From NCBI RefSeq assembly GCF_001677475.2, contig NZ_CP015229.1: a DNA stretch of 64,000 bases, one strand, 5' to 3'. Of this stretch, positions 51,001-59,726 are shown piece after piece. The notes beneath the pieces are model-generated. The model searched no databases, was not told the origin of the DNA, and saw nothing but the letters and a program-made list of their open reading frames with translations. The first letter of the stretch is position 1. Each line of letters opens with the position of its first letter. Position numbers and translations under genes: made by a program. Origin of the DNA: Escherichia coli. GTDB lineage: Bacteria; Pseudomonadota; Gammaproteobacteria; Enterobacterales; Enterobacteriaceae.

Positions 51001-52737
51001 CGTGATGCGGCGGGCCGGCTCACGGCAAAGGAGACAGCCGATGGCCATACGGAATACGTCCATGATGCGGCAGACCAGCTACTGGAAATCCGCCGCCGAC
51101 GGTCGGATGCCGGGGAAACAGACGCACCGGAGATTATCCGTTTCAGTTACGACAGACTGGGGCGGATGCTGACCGAGGAGACGGCGCAGGGCGTCCTGAC
51201 CCATCAGTACGATGAACTCAGCAACCGGACAGCCACCACCTTTCCGGATGGCAGAACGCAGCGTCATCTGTACTACGGCAGCGGCCATCTCCAGCAGATA
51301 AATCTGGACCGGGAGGTCATCAGCGAGTTCACACGTGACGCCCTGCACCGGGAAGTGCTCAGAAGTCAGGGGCGACTGAGCACGCGGCAGCTTTATGACC
51401 CCGCCGGGCGGCTGAAGCGCAGGGAGACATACAGCGGGATGCGCGGGGTGGTACCGGAGACGTTCACGGACCGGCAGTACAGCTACAGCGGCGAGGATGA
51501 ATTGCTGAAGACGCGGCACAGCCGGCGGGGGGAAACGGATTACTTCTACGACCCCACGGGGCGCATCACGGCGTGCCGCTCGGAGGATGAGAGGTATCTG
51601 GCGAGCTGGCAGTACGACGCGGCGGGAAACCTGCTGGGGAGGCGCGCGGGGGAAAGGGCCACGGCAGAAAACAGCGTGGTGCCGTTCAACCGGCTGATGT
51701 CTTACCGTGGTGTGCACTACCGTTATGACGAATTTGGCCGGACGGTGGAAAAGGAGGGCCGGAGCGGCACGCAGAGTTACCGTTATGATGCGGAACACCG
51801 GATGGTGGAAGTGACGACAGCGCGGGGGACATACCGGTATGTGTACGATGCGCTGGGGAGGCGGACGGAAAAACAGCACATCAGCCCTGACGGTAAACCG
51901 TACAACCGGACGACATTTTTATGGGACGGAATGCGGCTGGCGCAGGAGAGCAGGCCGGAGGGAATAAGCAGCCTGTATATCTACAGCGACCCGGGGAGTT
52001 ATGAACCGCTGGCGCGGGTGGATAAGGCGGGCAAAGAGGGCCCGAACCGGATACTGTATTTTCACACGGATGTGAACGGTGCGCCGGAAGAGATGACGGA
52101 CAGTGACGGGAAAATCGTGTGGGAGACGGGGTATCAGGTCTGGGGTAACACGATACAGGAGAAGGACCACGGCGGGGTGGAGCAGAACCTGCGCTACCAG
52201 GGACAGTACCTCGACAGGGAAACGGGGCTGCATTACAATCTGCACAGGTACTATGATCCGGATGTCGGGCGGTTCATGGTAACGGACCCGATAGGGCTGG
52301 CGGGGGGACTGAATCTTTACCAATACTCACCGAATCCAATAAGTTGGATCGACCCGCTGGGATTAACAGGGGAGTGGGTTAATCCCAAAGATATTAATTT
52401 TTCTCAAAGAACAATATCACCTCATGATTATGCCGATATTATGCGTAATGGTGGTTGGGATTGGGACAGGTCTCCATTAAGAGTAATTGATATTGATGGG
52501 CAATTAGTTTCTTATGATAATAGGCGATTAGACGCAGCTCTAGAGGCCGGATTAGATAAGGTTAAAGTCATTAGAGTTGACCCTAATGCTCCTCATCCTG
52601 ACTCATCTACTGGAAAAACATGGTTACAAAAATTCCGAGAGAGATTTAGAGATCGAAGAAATATAAAGGCCGGTGGAATAGTACCAGATAAAGGATTAAA
52701 TTCTCGACCGGAAAGAACATCAAGAGGTTGCAAATGA
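48055..52737 (+). CDS. Rhs-family polymorphic toxin with prePAAR motif, N-terminal TM segments, PAAR motif, YD-repeat shell and variable C-terminal toxin domain
   Basis: 1560-aa ORF; N-terminus MEEAFWAARQGDALLH fits AARxxDxxxH; hydrophobic segments at residues ~20-70; SKPAARA PAAR motif; many YD repeats; [27 protein letters not shown] demarcation before a unique ~130-aa tip. Confidence 0.85.
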   Translation: MEEAFWAARQGDALLHTSFMADVLGAVVEVAATALVDVLVVGTMAALGGVEVATLGCSTILAIGIATAVFMSYQGWNDRISRESEQLANWLFPPQIEGYILTGSGDTWINSKPAARAAATAASRQDIEAQEAQAKAEQEEAQRQEDARTFLDVAGEYLEMAGAIALAVNPVTGPVLMSRALHDQLSTEEGRSEMVDGVTHFVSELWQPTVASAAPGSTPTPDDKIDCHKHPSSLTQFLAQKKAAFLDDPLGTALNLLSPGGMLETAFQGVNAVIGSISNLFKGDDEPPAAEYIAEGARDVRINSQPAARSGARCTCEARVVNEPGNGAFVSPDVRIGGPLLVVRDIRSGRSQITLVATVALMFLRPGKMLSKIACFAASVGMGVMTQKAISALPHPVNAATGAKYLADDDDFDFSLPGHFPLDWQRVYSSRDDRTEGMFGQGWSVMYEVSLERTPGTADENCMTFVSGMGRRLDMEAVLPGSGFYSPGEGLAVRRGEQGHWLISSDDGQFFLFEADPRHPQRQRLKMLGDRNSNCLNLYYDELGRITQISGEQQRPCIRLHYELAAHPRRVTQIYQHFPEMAPLLLRRYRYDEAGDLNGVYDSTGHLLREFAYDENHCMTLHRQPGGEGYYYQWGWYEGPDDAAWRVTGHHTDSGEQYRLAWSLAARRLCVTDGLGRTRYHQWDAQNQVTAYQDEAGQVTTFRWSDEERLLLGMTDAQGGKWRYVYDRQGHITETHDPLGRVAQTQWHPVWHQPETEVDAAGNSWCCEYDERGNLLAVTDPLQQNTRYQYDRHGQVVQITDARGGNKYLQWNEDGQLMRHTDCSGSQTAWFYDERTRLIRMTDAQSHSTRYGYDDSGHLTEVILADGRTVNYQSDAAGRLVKYTSPMGRITRWQRDGQGRVRSRTDATGRRTAFGYDAYGRLVTLTNENGESYRFRHDVLDRLAEQINPDGCRQTYRYNALNAVTEVVFTGDRGGEIRHRLARDAAGRLTAKETADGHTEYVHDAADQLLEIRRRRSDAGETDAPEIIRFSYDRLGRMLTEETAQGVLTHQYDELSNRTATTFPDGRTQRHLYYGSGHLQQINLDREVISEFTRDALHREVLRSQGRLSTRQLYDPAGRLKRRETYSGMRGVVPETFTDRQYSYSGEDELLKTRHSRRGETDYFYDPTGRITACRSEDERYLASWQYDAAGNLLGRRAGERATAENSVVPFNRLMSYRGVHYRYDEFGRTVEKEGRSGTQSYRYDAEHRMVEVTTARGTYRYVYDALGRRTEKQHISPDGKPYNRTTFLWDGMRLAQESRPEGISSLYIYSDPGSYEPLARVDKAGKEGPNRILYFHTDVNGAPEEMTDSDGKIVWETGYQVWGNTIQEKDHGGVEQNLRYQGQYLDRETGLHYNLHRYYDPDVGRFMVTDPIGLAGGLNLYQYSPNPISWIDPLGLTGEWVNPKDINFSQRTISPHDYADIMRNGGWDWDRSPLRVIDIDGQLVSYDNRRLDAALEAGLDKVKVIRVDPNAPHPDSSTGKTWLQKFRERFRDRRNIKAGGIVPDKGLNSRPERTSRGCK

Positions 52738-53168
52738 AAAATATTATTCAGTTATGGGAAGATGGTTTATTACCGATAAAAGATGCTATTTACTTTTCTA
52801 ACGGTGAATCTTTCCTTTGTAAAATAACATCTTACCCTACTCCTTGTATTGAGAAAAATGGTGAGTTTGATTTCTCTGCCTTTTATGAAAAAAATAAAGA
52901 TGAAGTTACTGATATTGATAAGTCTAGAGAAGTTAAATTAGCGAATAATTGCTATTGTTGCATTGGAGAAGGTAGTTATGGTTCTGAAGGATTTATCGCA
53001 TATCTCGATGAAAATAAAAACTTAGTTTGGGTTCTTTATTCCGAAGAATCTAATCCATTTATTAATATAACTGAATATACATCTGATATTATTATAGTAG
53101 AATCAAGTTCTAATATTAGACTAAGAATAAATATAAACAATCCAGTGGATTTAGAATTGGCATTTTAA
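52734..53168 (+). CDS. Putative cognate immunity protein of the Rhs C-terminal toxin
   Basis: ATG overlaps the rhs TGA stop (ATGA); AT-rich 144-aa ORF directly downstream of a toxin tip. Confidence 0.6.
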   Translation: MKNIIQLWEDGLLPIKDAIYFSNGESFLCKITSYPTPCIEKNGEFDFSAFYEKNKDEVTDIDKSREVKLANNCYCCIGEGSYGSEGFIAYLDENKNLVWVLYSEESNPFINITEYTSDIIIVESSSNIRLRININNPVDLELAF

Positions 53169-53169
53169 A

Positions 53170-53211
53170 TAAAAAGCCGGGTGAAATTAAATCTTCCCGG
53201 CTTTTTTATTA
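53170..53211. terminator. Hairpin terminator (AAAGCCGGG-loop-CCCGGCTTTTTT), first of four copies of this motif
   Basis: Perfect GC stem flanked by A and T runs between the immunity gene and the convergent symE-like gene; similar hairpins at 57795-57835, 60412-60452 and 62816-62902. Confidence 0.7.
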
Positions 53212-53212
53212 T

Positions 53213-53542
53213 TTAACTCTCGTTCAGCACACTAAACATCCCGTTCCGCATCCCCTTAACCACCTGTTTAACCTGATAAAGTTCTTCCCGCAGCTCCTGC
53301 ACCTCGTCACTGTCAGCGATGATGGTCAGGTACCCCTCCGAAATCTTCACCGTGACACCCCGCCCGGTATCAAATCCCGCCTCAGCCAGCCAGTCGCCCT
53401 TGAGGTGCAGGCTGGGATGTTGTGAATAATACCGGGCTATACCTGTTGTGCGGTCCTGGTGGCGGGTTCTGACATAGCCGACTTTATAGCGGCGCTGGGT
53501 TTTGGAAATGGTGACTTCTGGCGTAATATCGTGTTCAGCCAT
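53213..53542 (-). CDS. SymE-like protein (type I toxin family, AbrB/MazE-like fold), full-length copy
   Basis: 109-aa ORF; core HLKGDWLAEAGFDTGRGVTVKISEGYLTII resembles SymE KGxWLxxAGFxxGxxVxV motif as recalled. Confidence 0.6.
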   Translation of the reverse strand: MAEHDITPEVTISKTQRRYKVGYVRTRHQDRTTGIARYYSQHPSLHLKGDWLAEAGFDTGRGVTVKISEGYLTIIADSDEVQELREELYQVKQVVKGMRNGMFSVLNES

Positions 53543-53781
53543 GATTAACTACTCCTGTTAGTTGCTTGTGGTGAGCGGCTGTTACAGGCGGCAACCTGTA
53601 GCAGTCGCGTTAAATATCAACGCATTACCTTCATTACCTGCTTCATCTTCTCCTGGGTGATCGCCATATCCAGAATACGGCAGATCACTTCCTGATCGTC
53701 TGCTTTAAGCTCATCAACCTGCTTACACAGTTCTTTTAACCGCTTGTTTTTTATATCGAAAACATCGCGGAAGAAGAAGGT

Positions 53782-54861
53782 GTGCGCCAGGCGGCCTACG
53801 CGCTCAAGCTGTTGCAGTCGGACGGGGAACTGACCATCGCCAGTACGGGCAAGGATGACGCCAGCGGTAACCTGGTCACCAAACAGTATACGGTGAAAGG
53901 CCCGGTGATGCTGATGCTGACCACCACCGCCATCGATGTTGACGAGGAGTTACTCAACCGCTGTCTGGTGCTGACGGTGAACGAATCGCGGGAACAGACG
54001 GAAGCTATCCACGCGGCGCAGCGTTACGCGCAGACGCTGGAAGGACTGCTGGCGGCTAACGAAAAAAGTTACATCACGCAGCTTCACCAGAACGCGCAGC
54101 GGCTGCTGCGCCCGCTCAACGTGGTGAACCCGTTCGCCTCGCAGCTCACGTTCATGAGCGACAAAACCCGCACCCGGCGCGACCACATGAAATACCTGAC
54201 GCTGATCCAGGCGATCGCCCTGCTGCACCAGTACCAGCGGGAGATCAAGCGCGTGGAGCATCGCGGGCAGGTGGTGGAGTACATCGAGGTCACGCGGGAG
54301 GACATCGCCCTGGCGAACCGCCTGGCACATGAAATACTCGGGCGCACCCTGGATGAAATGCCGCCGCAGACGCGCAAACTGTTAACCCTGATCCAGCAAT
54401 GGGTGAGCGACAGCGGTCAGGCGCGTGAGGCGATGCGGTTCACCCGTAAACAACTGCGTGACGCGGTACAGTGGGGCGACACGCAGCTCAAGATCCACCT
54501 GGCGCGGCTGGTCGAAATGGAATATCTGCTGGTCCACCGTCTCGGGCTGACGTTCTGCTATGAACTGCTGTTCGACGGGGACGGCAGCGCAGACACCGCG
54601 CACCTGTGCGGGCTGATCGACGTACCGGAACCACCGTATGACGTCGCCCGGTCGGGGGAAACGGTGAAGCAGCTGGCCTCTGGTCGGGCAGTGGTCGGCG
54701 GTCAGTCGGGTAAGGAAAAAACCGCCTCAGACCAGACACCACGAGGCTTACAGGCCGGAGCGGTCGGGGCAGAGGAAAAAGCCCTGTTCCGGCAGAACGC
54801 AAAAAAACCGTCCCGCAATCATACTGCGGCCCGTCCGGGCCGGAGCAACACGGAAGCATAA
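53782..54861 (+). CDS. Hypothetical protein, apparently 5'-truncated (no ATG; frame closed by TAA just upstream); function unknown
   Basis: 1080-nt open frame in GC-rich DNA, far longer than the overlapping opposite-strand ORFs; no family recognised. Confidence 0.35.
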   Translation: MRQAAYALKLLQSDGELTIASTGKDDASGNLVTKQYTVKGPVMLMLTTTAIDVDEELLNRCLVLTVNESREQTEAIHAAQRYAQTLEGLLAANEKSYITQLHQNAQRLLRPLNVVNPFASQLTFMSDKTRTRRDHMKYLTLIQAIALLHQYQREIKRVEHRGQVVEYIEVTREDIALANRLAHEILGRTLDEMPPQTRKLLTLIQQWVSDSGQAREAMRFTRKQLRDAVQWGDTQLKIHLARLVEMEYLLVHRLGLTFCYELLFDGDGSADTAHLCGLIDVPEPPYDVARSGETVKQLASGRAVVGGQSGKEKTASDQTPRGLQAGAVGAEEKALFRQNAKKPSRNHTAARPGRSNTEA

Positions 54862-55065
54862 GTACGACTTCATCCGGTCGGGGCAACGGCTGCAATAGTC
54901 GGCCCCTGGTCGGCAGTCAGTCGGCGGGTAGTCGGGGTGCGTAAAACCCCCGCAGGCCGCGCCCGGCAAGGTTCAGGCCATGAAGCGGTCGGCCTGCCTG
55001 AAAATCACTGTTCCATCCTCTGTTCTTCTCTCTGTCGTACCGTAATCTCAATCAGGACAATCATC

Positions 55066-56095
55066 ATGACAAAACCCATCCCTCCGGGGCCGGAGGAACT
55101 TTACCTCAGCCGCCAGAACCTGACGCAGCGCCAGTATGTGGTGGTGTGGCTGGAATACCTGACGGCACAGAACTACAGCGCGATCAGCGTAAGCGACTAT
55201 CGCGAACGGGTGTTACCGTTCGTGACATGGTGTGAGGAGCGCGGGCTGATGTACGCGCCGCAGGTCAGCCAGCCGCAGCTTGAAAGCTATCAGCGCCACC
55301 TTCACGGCTACCGTAAGGCGGACGGCCATCCGCTGGCGGTCAGCGGTCAGGTGGGCCGGATAAGCGCGATAAAAATCTTTTACCGCTGGCTGCTGAAGCG
55401 GCATGTGATCCTGTACAACCCCGCCGATCTGCTGGAACTGCCAAAGCCGGACAAACGGCTTCCGGCGCAGGTGTTCAGTAAGGGCGAGACGCGGCAGGTG
55501 TTACAGAGCCTTGATATCAACACGCCCGTTGGCCTGCGCAACCGGACAATCCTTGAGGTGCTGTGGAGTACCGGGATCAGGCGGATGGAGCTGGCCAGCC
55601 TGATGTTGTGGGATGTTGACACCGGGCGCGGTGTGGTTAACGTGCGGCAGGGTAAGGGGCGTAAGGATCGGGTGGTTCCGGTGGGCCATGTGGCGCTGGG
55701 ATGGCTGGCAAGACGTGCGACCACAGATGACGCGCCAGCGCGACAGTGGTCATCTGTTCGTGACGAAATACGGCAGCGGGATGAAACGCAACACGCTGAC
55801 GGCGATGGCAGGCACCGCGATCCGGGAAACGGCACGGATCGACAAACCGGGCGCGTGCCATATCTTCCGGCACTCGATGGCGACGCAGATGCTGGACAAT
55901 GGCGCAGACACGCGGCATATCCAGGCGATCCTCGGCCATGAGAAGCTGGAGACGACGCAGATCTACACGAAGGTGGCCATAAAGCCGTTGCAGAAGGTTC
56001 ATGCGCGGACGCACCCGGCAGAGAAGCGGCGAAGGGAAAAGCGCGTGCAGCAGCCGGACGAGGCCACCGTATCGCCGGACAGCCTGAAAAGTTAG
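55066..56095 (+). pseudogene. Tyrosine recombinase (phage-integrase family) with frameshift
   Basis: N-terminal SAM-like domain in one frame to ~55710 ([13 protein letters not shown]), catalytic domain ([16 protein letters not shown]...[13 protein letters not shown]...[13 protein letters not shown]) in the other frame from ~55700; single indel inferred. Confidence 0.65.
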
Positions 56096-57005
56096 GTGGC
56101 GATCCCTGTAAGGCCGTGGGGTGCGGTGCAGGGCAGACAACCGCCTTCCCTGGCGGTTGACTGCCCCCTGCCAGCGGCGTGCGCGGGGGTAAATGCCGTC
56201 CGCCCCGTGGAGGCAGCCGCGCCCCATGCGACCATGCAGCACGGGGCAAACGTCATTCAACATAATGCGGATTATGCGCACTCTCGCCGGTCGGCAATGA
56301 CGGCGAACCCGATCCGCTGTGCGCGGCTCGTGTTCGCACAATCCGCATTATGTCTGACGCCCCCGCGTTCAGCCCCGTGGTCCGTGCAGCGCAAAGCTTC
56401 GCTGGCGCTCCGCTCTGCTGCCGGGTGCGGTGTTCTTCTGTGGCCCCGCAGTCGCCGCCATCCCTGGCGGCTCCGGTGCCGTTCTGCGGCAGCGTCATCG
56501 TGTGGCAGTCAGTCAGAAAAGGGTGTCGGCCTGGCGGCCTCCGCTTGTAAGGGCTTTATGCCCGCCCGGCGTCGTCTGGCTGCGGCGGCTCGTGCCGCGC
56601 AAAAAGGCCGCGCGTCACTCGTTCCCGCCTCGCCAGCTTCCGCTGCCCGCCCCGGTCAGGTGTGGTCATGCAAAGGCAACCCCCGGTCAGGCAGCGGTGC
56701 CACAGAGCGCCGTTCCGTCGCTTGCGGACTCTCTGCCGCCCGCACCCGCAGACCCCGCGCCGTGGCCCCGCCATGCCGCCGGAGGCGTCCTGGCGGCCCC
56801 CCGTCACGGGGTGCCGGAAACGGACTTAGTGGAAAGCGGAATGACAGGCGGTGGTGGTGGTGCTATGGTGAGCGGGCGTGAAAATGCGCGTCGGGAAAGT
56901 CGGGTTAACGTGCTGTTAAATAAGTAAAAGGTGATAGCCGGGAAGCCAGAAACGGCGCGGGCGGTAGCGTGTTAAAAAGTGTGACCTGCACCGGATCGTT
57001 CCGAT

Positions 57006-57515
57006 GACCCGATAGGACTGCGGGGTGGATTAAATCTCTATCAATATGCGCCGAATCCGTTGAGCTATATTGATCCTCTTGGCCTTTGTAAATTAAGGGG
57101 AAGTAATGGGCGCTTCAGAAGTGCTCAGAATATTCAGGAAGAAATAGGCGGACTACCTAATTTTTCAGGGAAGACTCCAGGGCAAATACGACAAACTTTG
57201 CGTAATCGAGTTTATTCGTCGGTACAAGCGCATAGTGGTGGAGAGGTCTGGACAAAAGCATTACCTGACGGAAATACTGTTGCTGTGAGAATTGACCCGG
57301 CAAATCCTCGCTCACCTTCACATTATGCTGATGCTGTGCCTCATGCTCATATTGAAACAGTTCCAACGTCCAGTGTTTCTAATGGGAATTATCGCCCACG
57401 AGACGTGACTGGCAGGCATACTGCCACTGGTGGGATTTCTGACCGAGGAACGAATCCGAATCATAATGCTGATGTTCACATTCCAATGTCTCCGGGACGA
57501 TTCCCATATAATTAA
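57006..57515 (+). CDS. Orphan Rhs C-terminal toxin module (DPIGL homology patch plus toxin tip), no upstream core
   Basis: Frame opens with [28 protein letters not shown] then a unique ~140-aa domain; no ATG at the patch. Confidence 0.6.
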   Translation, partial: DPIGLRGGLNLYQYAPNPLSYIDPLGLCKLRGSNGRFRSAQNIQEEIGGLPNFSGKTPGQIRQTLRNRVYSSVQAHSGGEVWTKALPDGNTVAVRIDPANPRSPSHYADAVPHAHIETVPTSSVSNGNYRPRDVTGRHTATGGISDRGTNPNHNADVHIPMSPGRFPYN

Positions 57516-57526
57516 TGTGAGGTTTT

Positions 57527-57790
57527 ATGAATATCCGAAATCAATATAATGAAGCCTTAAATAAATTAGAAGTTGATGTTAATGATGGTTTAAGAGATTT
57601 AATAAACATATATTGTGTAGCTATTGATTCTTTTGAAAATGATATCGTTGACTCGATTGCTTTATACGTGATTGATATGGGAAATAAAGATACTTGTCGA
57701 TATCTACAAGAAATATTATCAGAGAATGAAGATCCTTATTTAGTAAAAGAATTTAATGCATGGATGAAAGAAATTAAGAAAAAATATTAA
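57527..57790 (+). CDS. Putative immunity protein for the orphan toxin at 57006-57515
   Basis: AT-rich 87-aa ORF 11 nt downstream of the toxin stop with RBS-like GAGG. Confidence 0.5.
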   Translation: MNIRNQYNEALNKLEVDVNDGLRDLINIYCVAIDSFENDIVDSIALYVIDMGNKDTCRYLQEILSENEDPYLVKEFNAWMKEIKKKY

Positions 57791-57836
57791 AATAAAAGCC
57801 GGGACGGTTATTAAATCTTCCCGGCTTTTTTATTAC

Positions 57837-58070
57837 TTAACTTTCGTTCAGCACACTAAACATCCCGTCACGCATTCCCTTAACCGCCTGTTTAACCAGA
57901 TAAAGTTCCCTGCGCAGTTCCTGTACTTCGTTGTTATCCGCAAGCAGGATCAGACATCCTTCCGAGATCTTCACGGTGACGCCCGTGCCGATCTCAAATC
58001 CCGCTTCTCTCAGCCATTTTGCGCTGATTTTGATTACCGGCGTGTCGCTGCGGTTGGGCAGATAACCCAC
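57837..58070 (-). CDS. SymE-like protein, short paralog (77 aa)
   Basis: KISAKWLREAGFEIGTGVTVKISEGCLILLADNNEVQELRRELY...; synonymous differences from copy 1 in this frame. Confidence 0.55.
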   Translation of the reverse strand: MGYLPNRSDTPVIKISAKWLREAGFEIGTGVTVKISEGCLILLADNNEVQELRRELYLVKQAVKGMRDGMFSVLNES

Positions 58071-58263
58071 GGTACAGTGGCGCTGTGTTTTGGAAATGAT
58101 ATTCTTATATTTAATCTGCTGATTAGATAGTAAAATTAACTTCGTGCAGATAGCTTACTTTATCAGGGTGCGGCGGTAGTGTATGAACTATGACGTGATG
58201 GTTTTAGTGATTTATATACGAAAATGACAGTACGATCCGGACTTCGAATAGATTGCGCGATTT

Positions 58264-58413
58264 GACCCGATAGGGCTGGCGGGGGGATTAAATCTCTATC
58301 AATATGCGCCTAATCCGTTAAGTTATATTGATCCACTTGGATTGTGTCCTAAAACTGACTTTAAATGGGGAAATCCCAGGGAAAGATCACGTAATGCTGC
58401 TTTTTTGTACTAA
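58264..58413 (+). pseudogene. Truncated orphan rhs C-terminal fragment
   Basis: [49 protein letters not shown] then stop, just before the ISAs1 element. Confidence 0.5.
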
Positions 58414-58419
58414 ACAATT

Positions 58420-59700
58420 CGCATTTTATGTTTAAAAATTGAGATATTCCTCATTACATAAAGCTGTTTTTTATTGCTTATACATGATCAAATACTCCTT
58501 ACATAATTAAGGAGAACAAAATGGAACTTAAAAAATTGATGGAACATATTTCTATTATCCCCGATTACAGACAAGCCTGGAAAGTGGAACATAAATTATC
58601 GGATATTCTACTGTTGACTATTTGTGCCGTTATTTCGGGTGCAGAAGGCTGGGAAGATATAGAGGATTTTGGGGAAACACATCTCGATTTTTTGAAGCAA
58701 TATGGTGATTTTGATAATGGTATTCCTGTTCACGATACCATTGCCAGAGTTGTATCCTGTATCAGTCCTGCAAAATTTCACGAGTGCTTTATTAACTGGA
58801 TGCGTGACTGCCATTCTTCAGATGATAAAGACGTCATCGCAATTGATGGAAAAACGCTCCGGCATTCTTATGACAAGAGTCGCCGCAGGGGAGCGATTCA
58901 TGTCATTAGTGCGTTCTCAACAATGCACAGTCTGGTCATCGGACAGATCAGGACGGATGAGAAATCAAATGAAATTACAGCTATCCCTGAACTTCTTAAC
59001 ATGCTGGATATTAAAGGAAAAATCATCACAACTGATGCGATGGGTTGCCAGAAAGATATTGCAGAGAAGATACAAAAACAGGGAGGTGATTATTTATTCG
59101 CTGTAAAAGGAAACCAGGGGCGGCTAAATAAAGCCTTTGAGGAAAAATTCCCACTGAAAGAATTAAATAATCCAGAGCATGACAGTTACGCAATTAGTGA
59201 AAAGAGTCACGGCAGAGAAGAAATCCGTCTTCACATTGTTTGCGATGTCCCTGATGAACTTATTGATTTCACGTTTGAATGGAAAGGACTGAAGAAATTA
59301 TGCGTGGCAGTCTCCTTTCGGTCAATAATAGCAGAACAAAAGAAAGAGCCAGAAATGACGGTCAGATATTATATCAGTTCTGCTGATTTAACCGCAGAGA
59401 AGTTCGCCACAGCAATCCGAAACCACTGGCACGTGGAGAATAAGCTGCACTGGCGTCTGGACGTGGTAATGAATGAAGACGACTGCAAAATAAGAAGAGG
59501 AAACGCCGCAGAATTATTTTCAGGGATACGGCACATCGCTATTAATATTTTAACGAATGATAAGGTATTCAAGGCAGGGTTAAGACGTAAGATGCGAAAA
59601 GCAGCCATGGACAGAAACTATCTCGCGTCAGTCCTTGCGGGGAGCGGGCTTTCGTAATCTTGCCCTGGGGGAAATCCAAAAAGTAAGCCTACATACGGTC
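58420..59700 (+). mobile_element. ISAs1-family (H-repeat) element; ends not precisely mapped
   Basis: Contains the 378-aa H-repeat-associated transposase ORF; boundaries approximate. Confidence 0.6.
58521..59657 (+). CDS. ISAs1-family transposase (H-repeat-associated protein, YhhI/YbfD-like)
   Basis: 378-aa ORF with typical H-rpt protein content; K-12 rhs loci carry homologues. Confidence 0.8.
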   Translation: MELKKLMEHISIIPDYRQAWKVEHKLSDILLLTICAVISGAEGWEDIEDFGETHLDFLKQYGDFDNGIPVHDTIARVVSCISPAKFHECFINWMRDCHSSDDKDVIAIDGKTLRHSYDKSRRRGAIHVISAFSTMHSLVIGQIRTDEKSNEITAIPELLNMLDIKGKIITTDAMGCQKDIAEKIQKQGGDYLFAVKGNQGRLNKAFEEKFPLKELNNPEHDSYAISEKSHGREEIRLHIVCDVPDELIDFTFEWKGLKKLCVAVSFRSIIAEQKKEPEMTVRYYISSADLTAEKFATAIRNHWHVENKLHWRLDVVMNEDDCKIRRGNAAELFSGIRHIAINILTNDKVFKAGLRRKMRKAAMDRNYLASVLAGSGLS

Positions 59701-59726
59701 ACACATTTTCTGAACACGGACAGAAA

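Noticed and set aside
48235-52323. Many long ORFs on the minus strand and in alternative plus frames inside the rhs gene (e.g. 49072-49785, 50185-51063, 51079-51879)
   Set aside because: They are Arg/Pro/Ala-rich products of GC-rich repetitive DNA, are fully contained in the 1560-aa Rhs frame, and are duplicated wherever the rhs core is duplicated (60872-61672)
53579-53601. Possible LexA (SOS) box upstream of the full-length symE-like gene, by analogy with K-12 symE
   Set aside because: The palindrome present is ACAG-N8-CTGT (ACAGGCGGCAACCTGT), the reverse of the CTGT-N8-ACAG arrangement; no convincing SOS box was found by eye in any of the four leaders
53617-53750. Minus-strand reading frame encoding ...KRLKELCKQVDELKADDQEVICRILDMAITQEKMKQVMKVMR
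   Set aside because: Not called as a feature because it lacks any start codon giving more than ~25 codons and merges upstream into the reverse complement of the plus-strand 359-aa ORF; noted in the GC-rich insert finding as a possible gene remnant
56096-56927. ORFs of 261 and 165 aa on the plus strand and 83-289 aa on the minus strand downstream of the recombinase
   Set aside because: Low-complexity Arg/Ala/Pro-rich translations overlapping in several frames, typical of high-GC non-coding or decayed sequence; none has a recognisable family or a convincing start context
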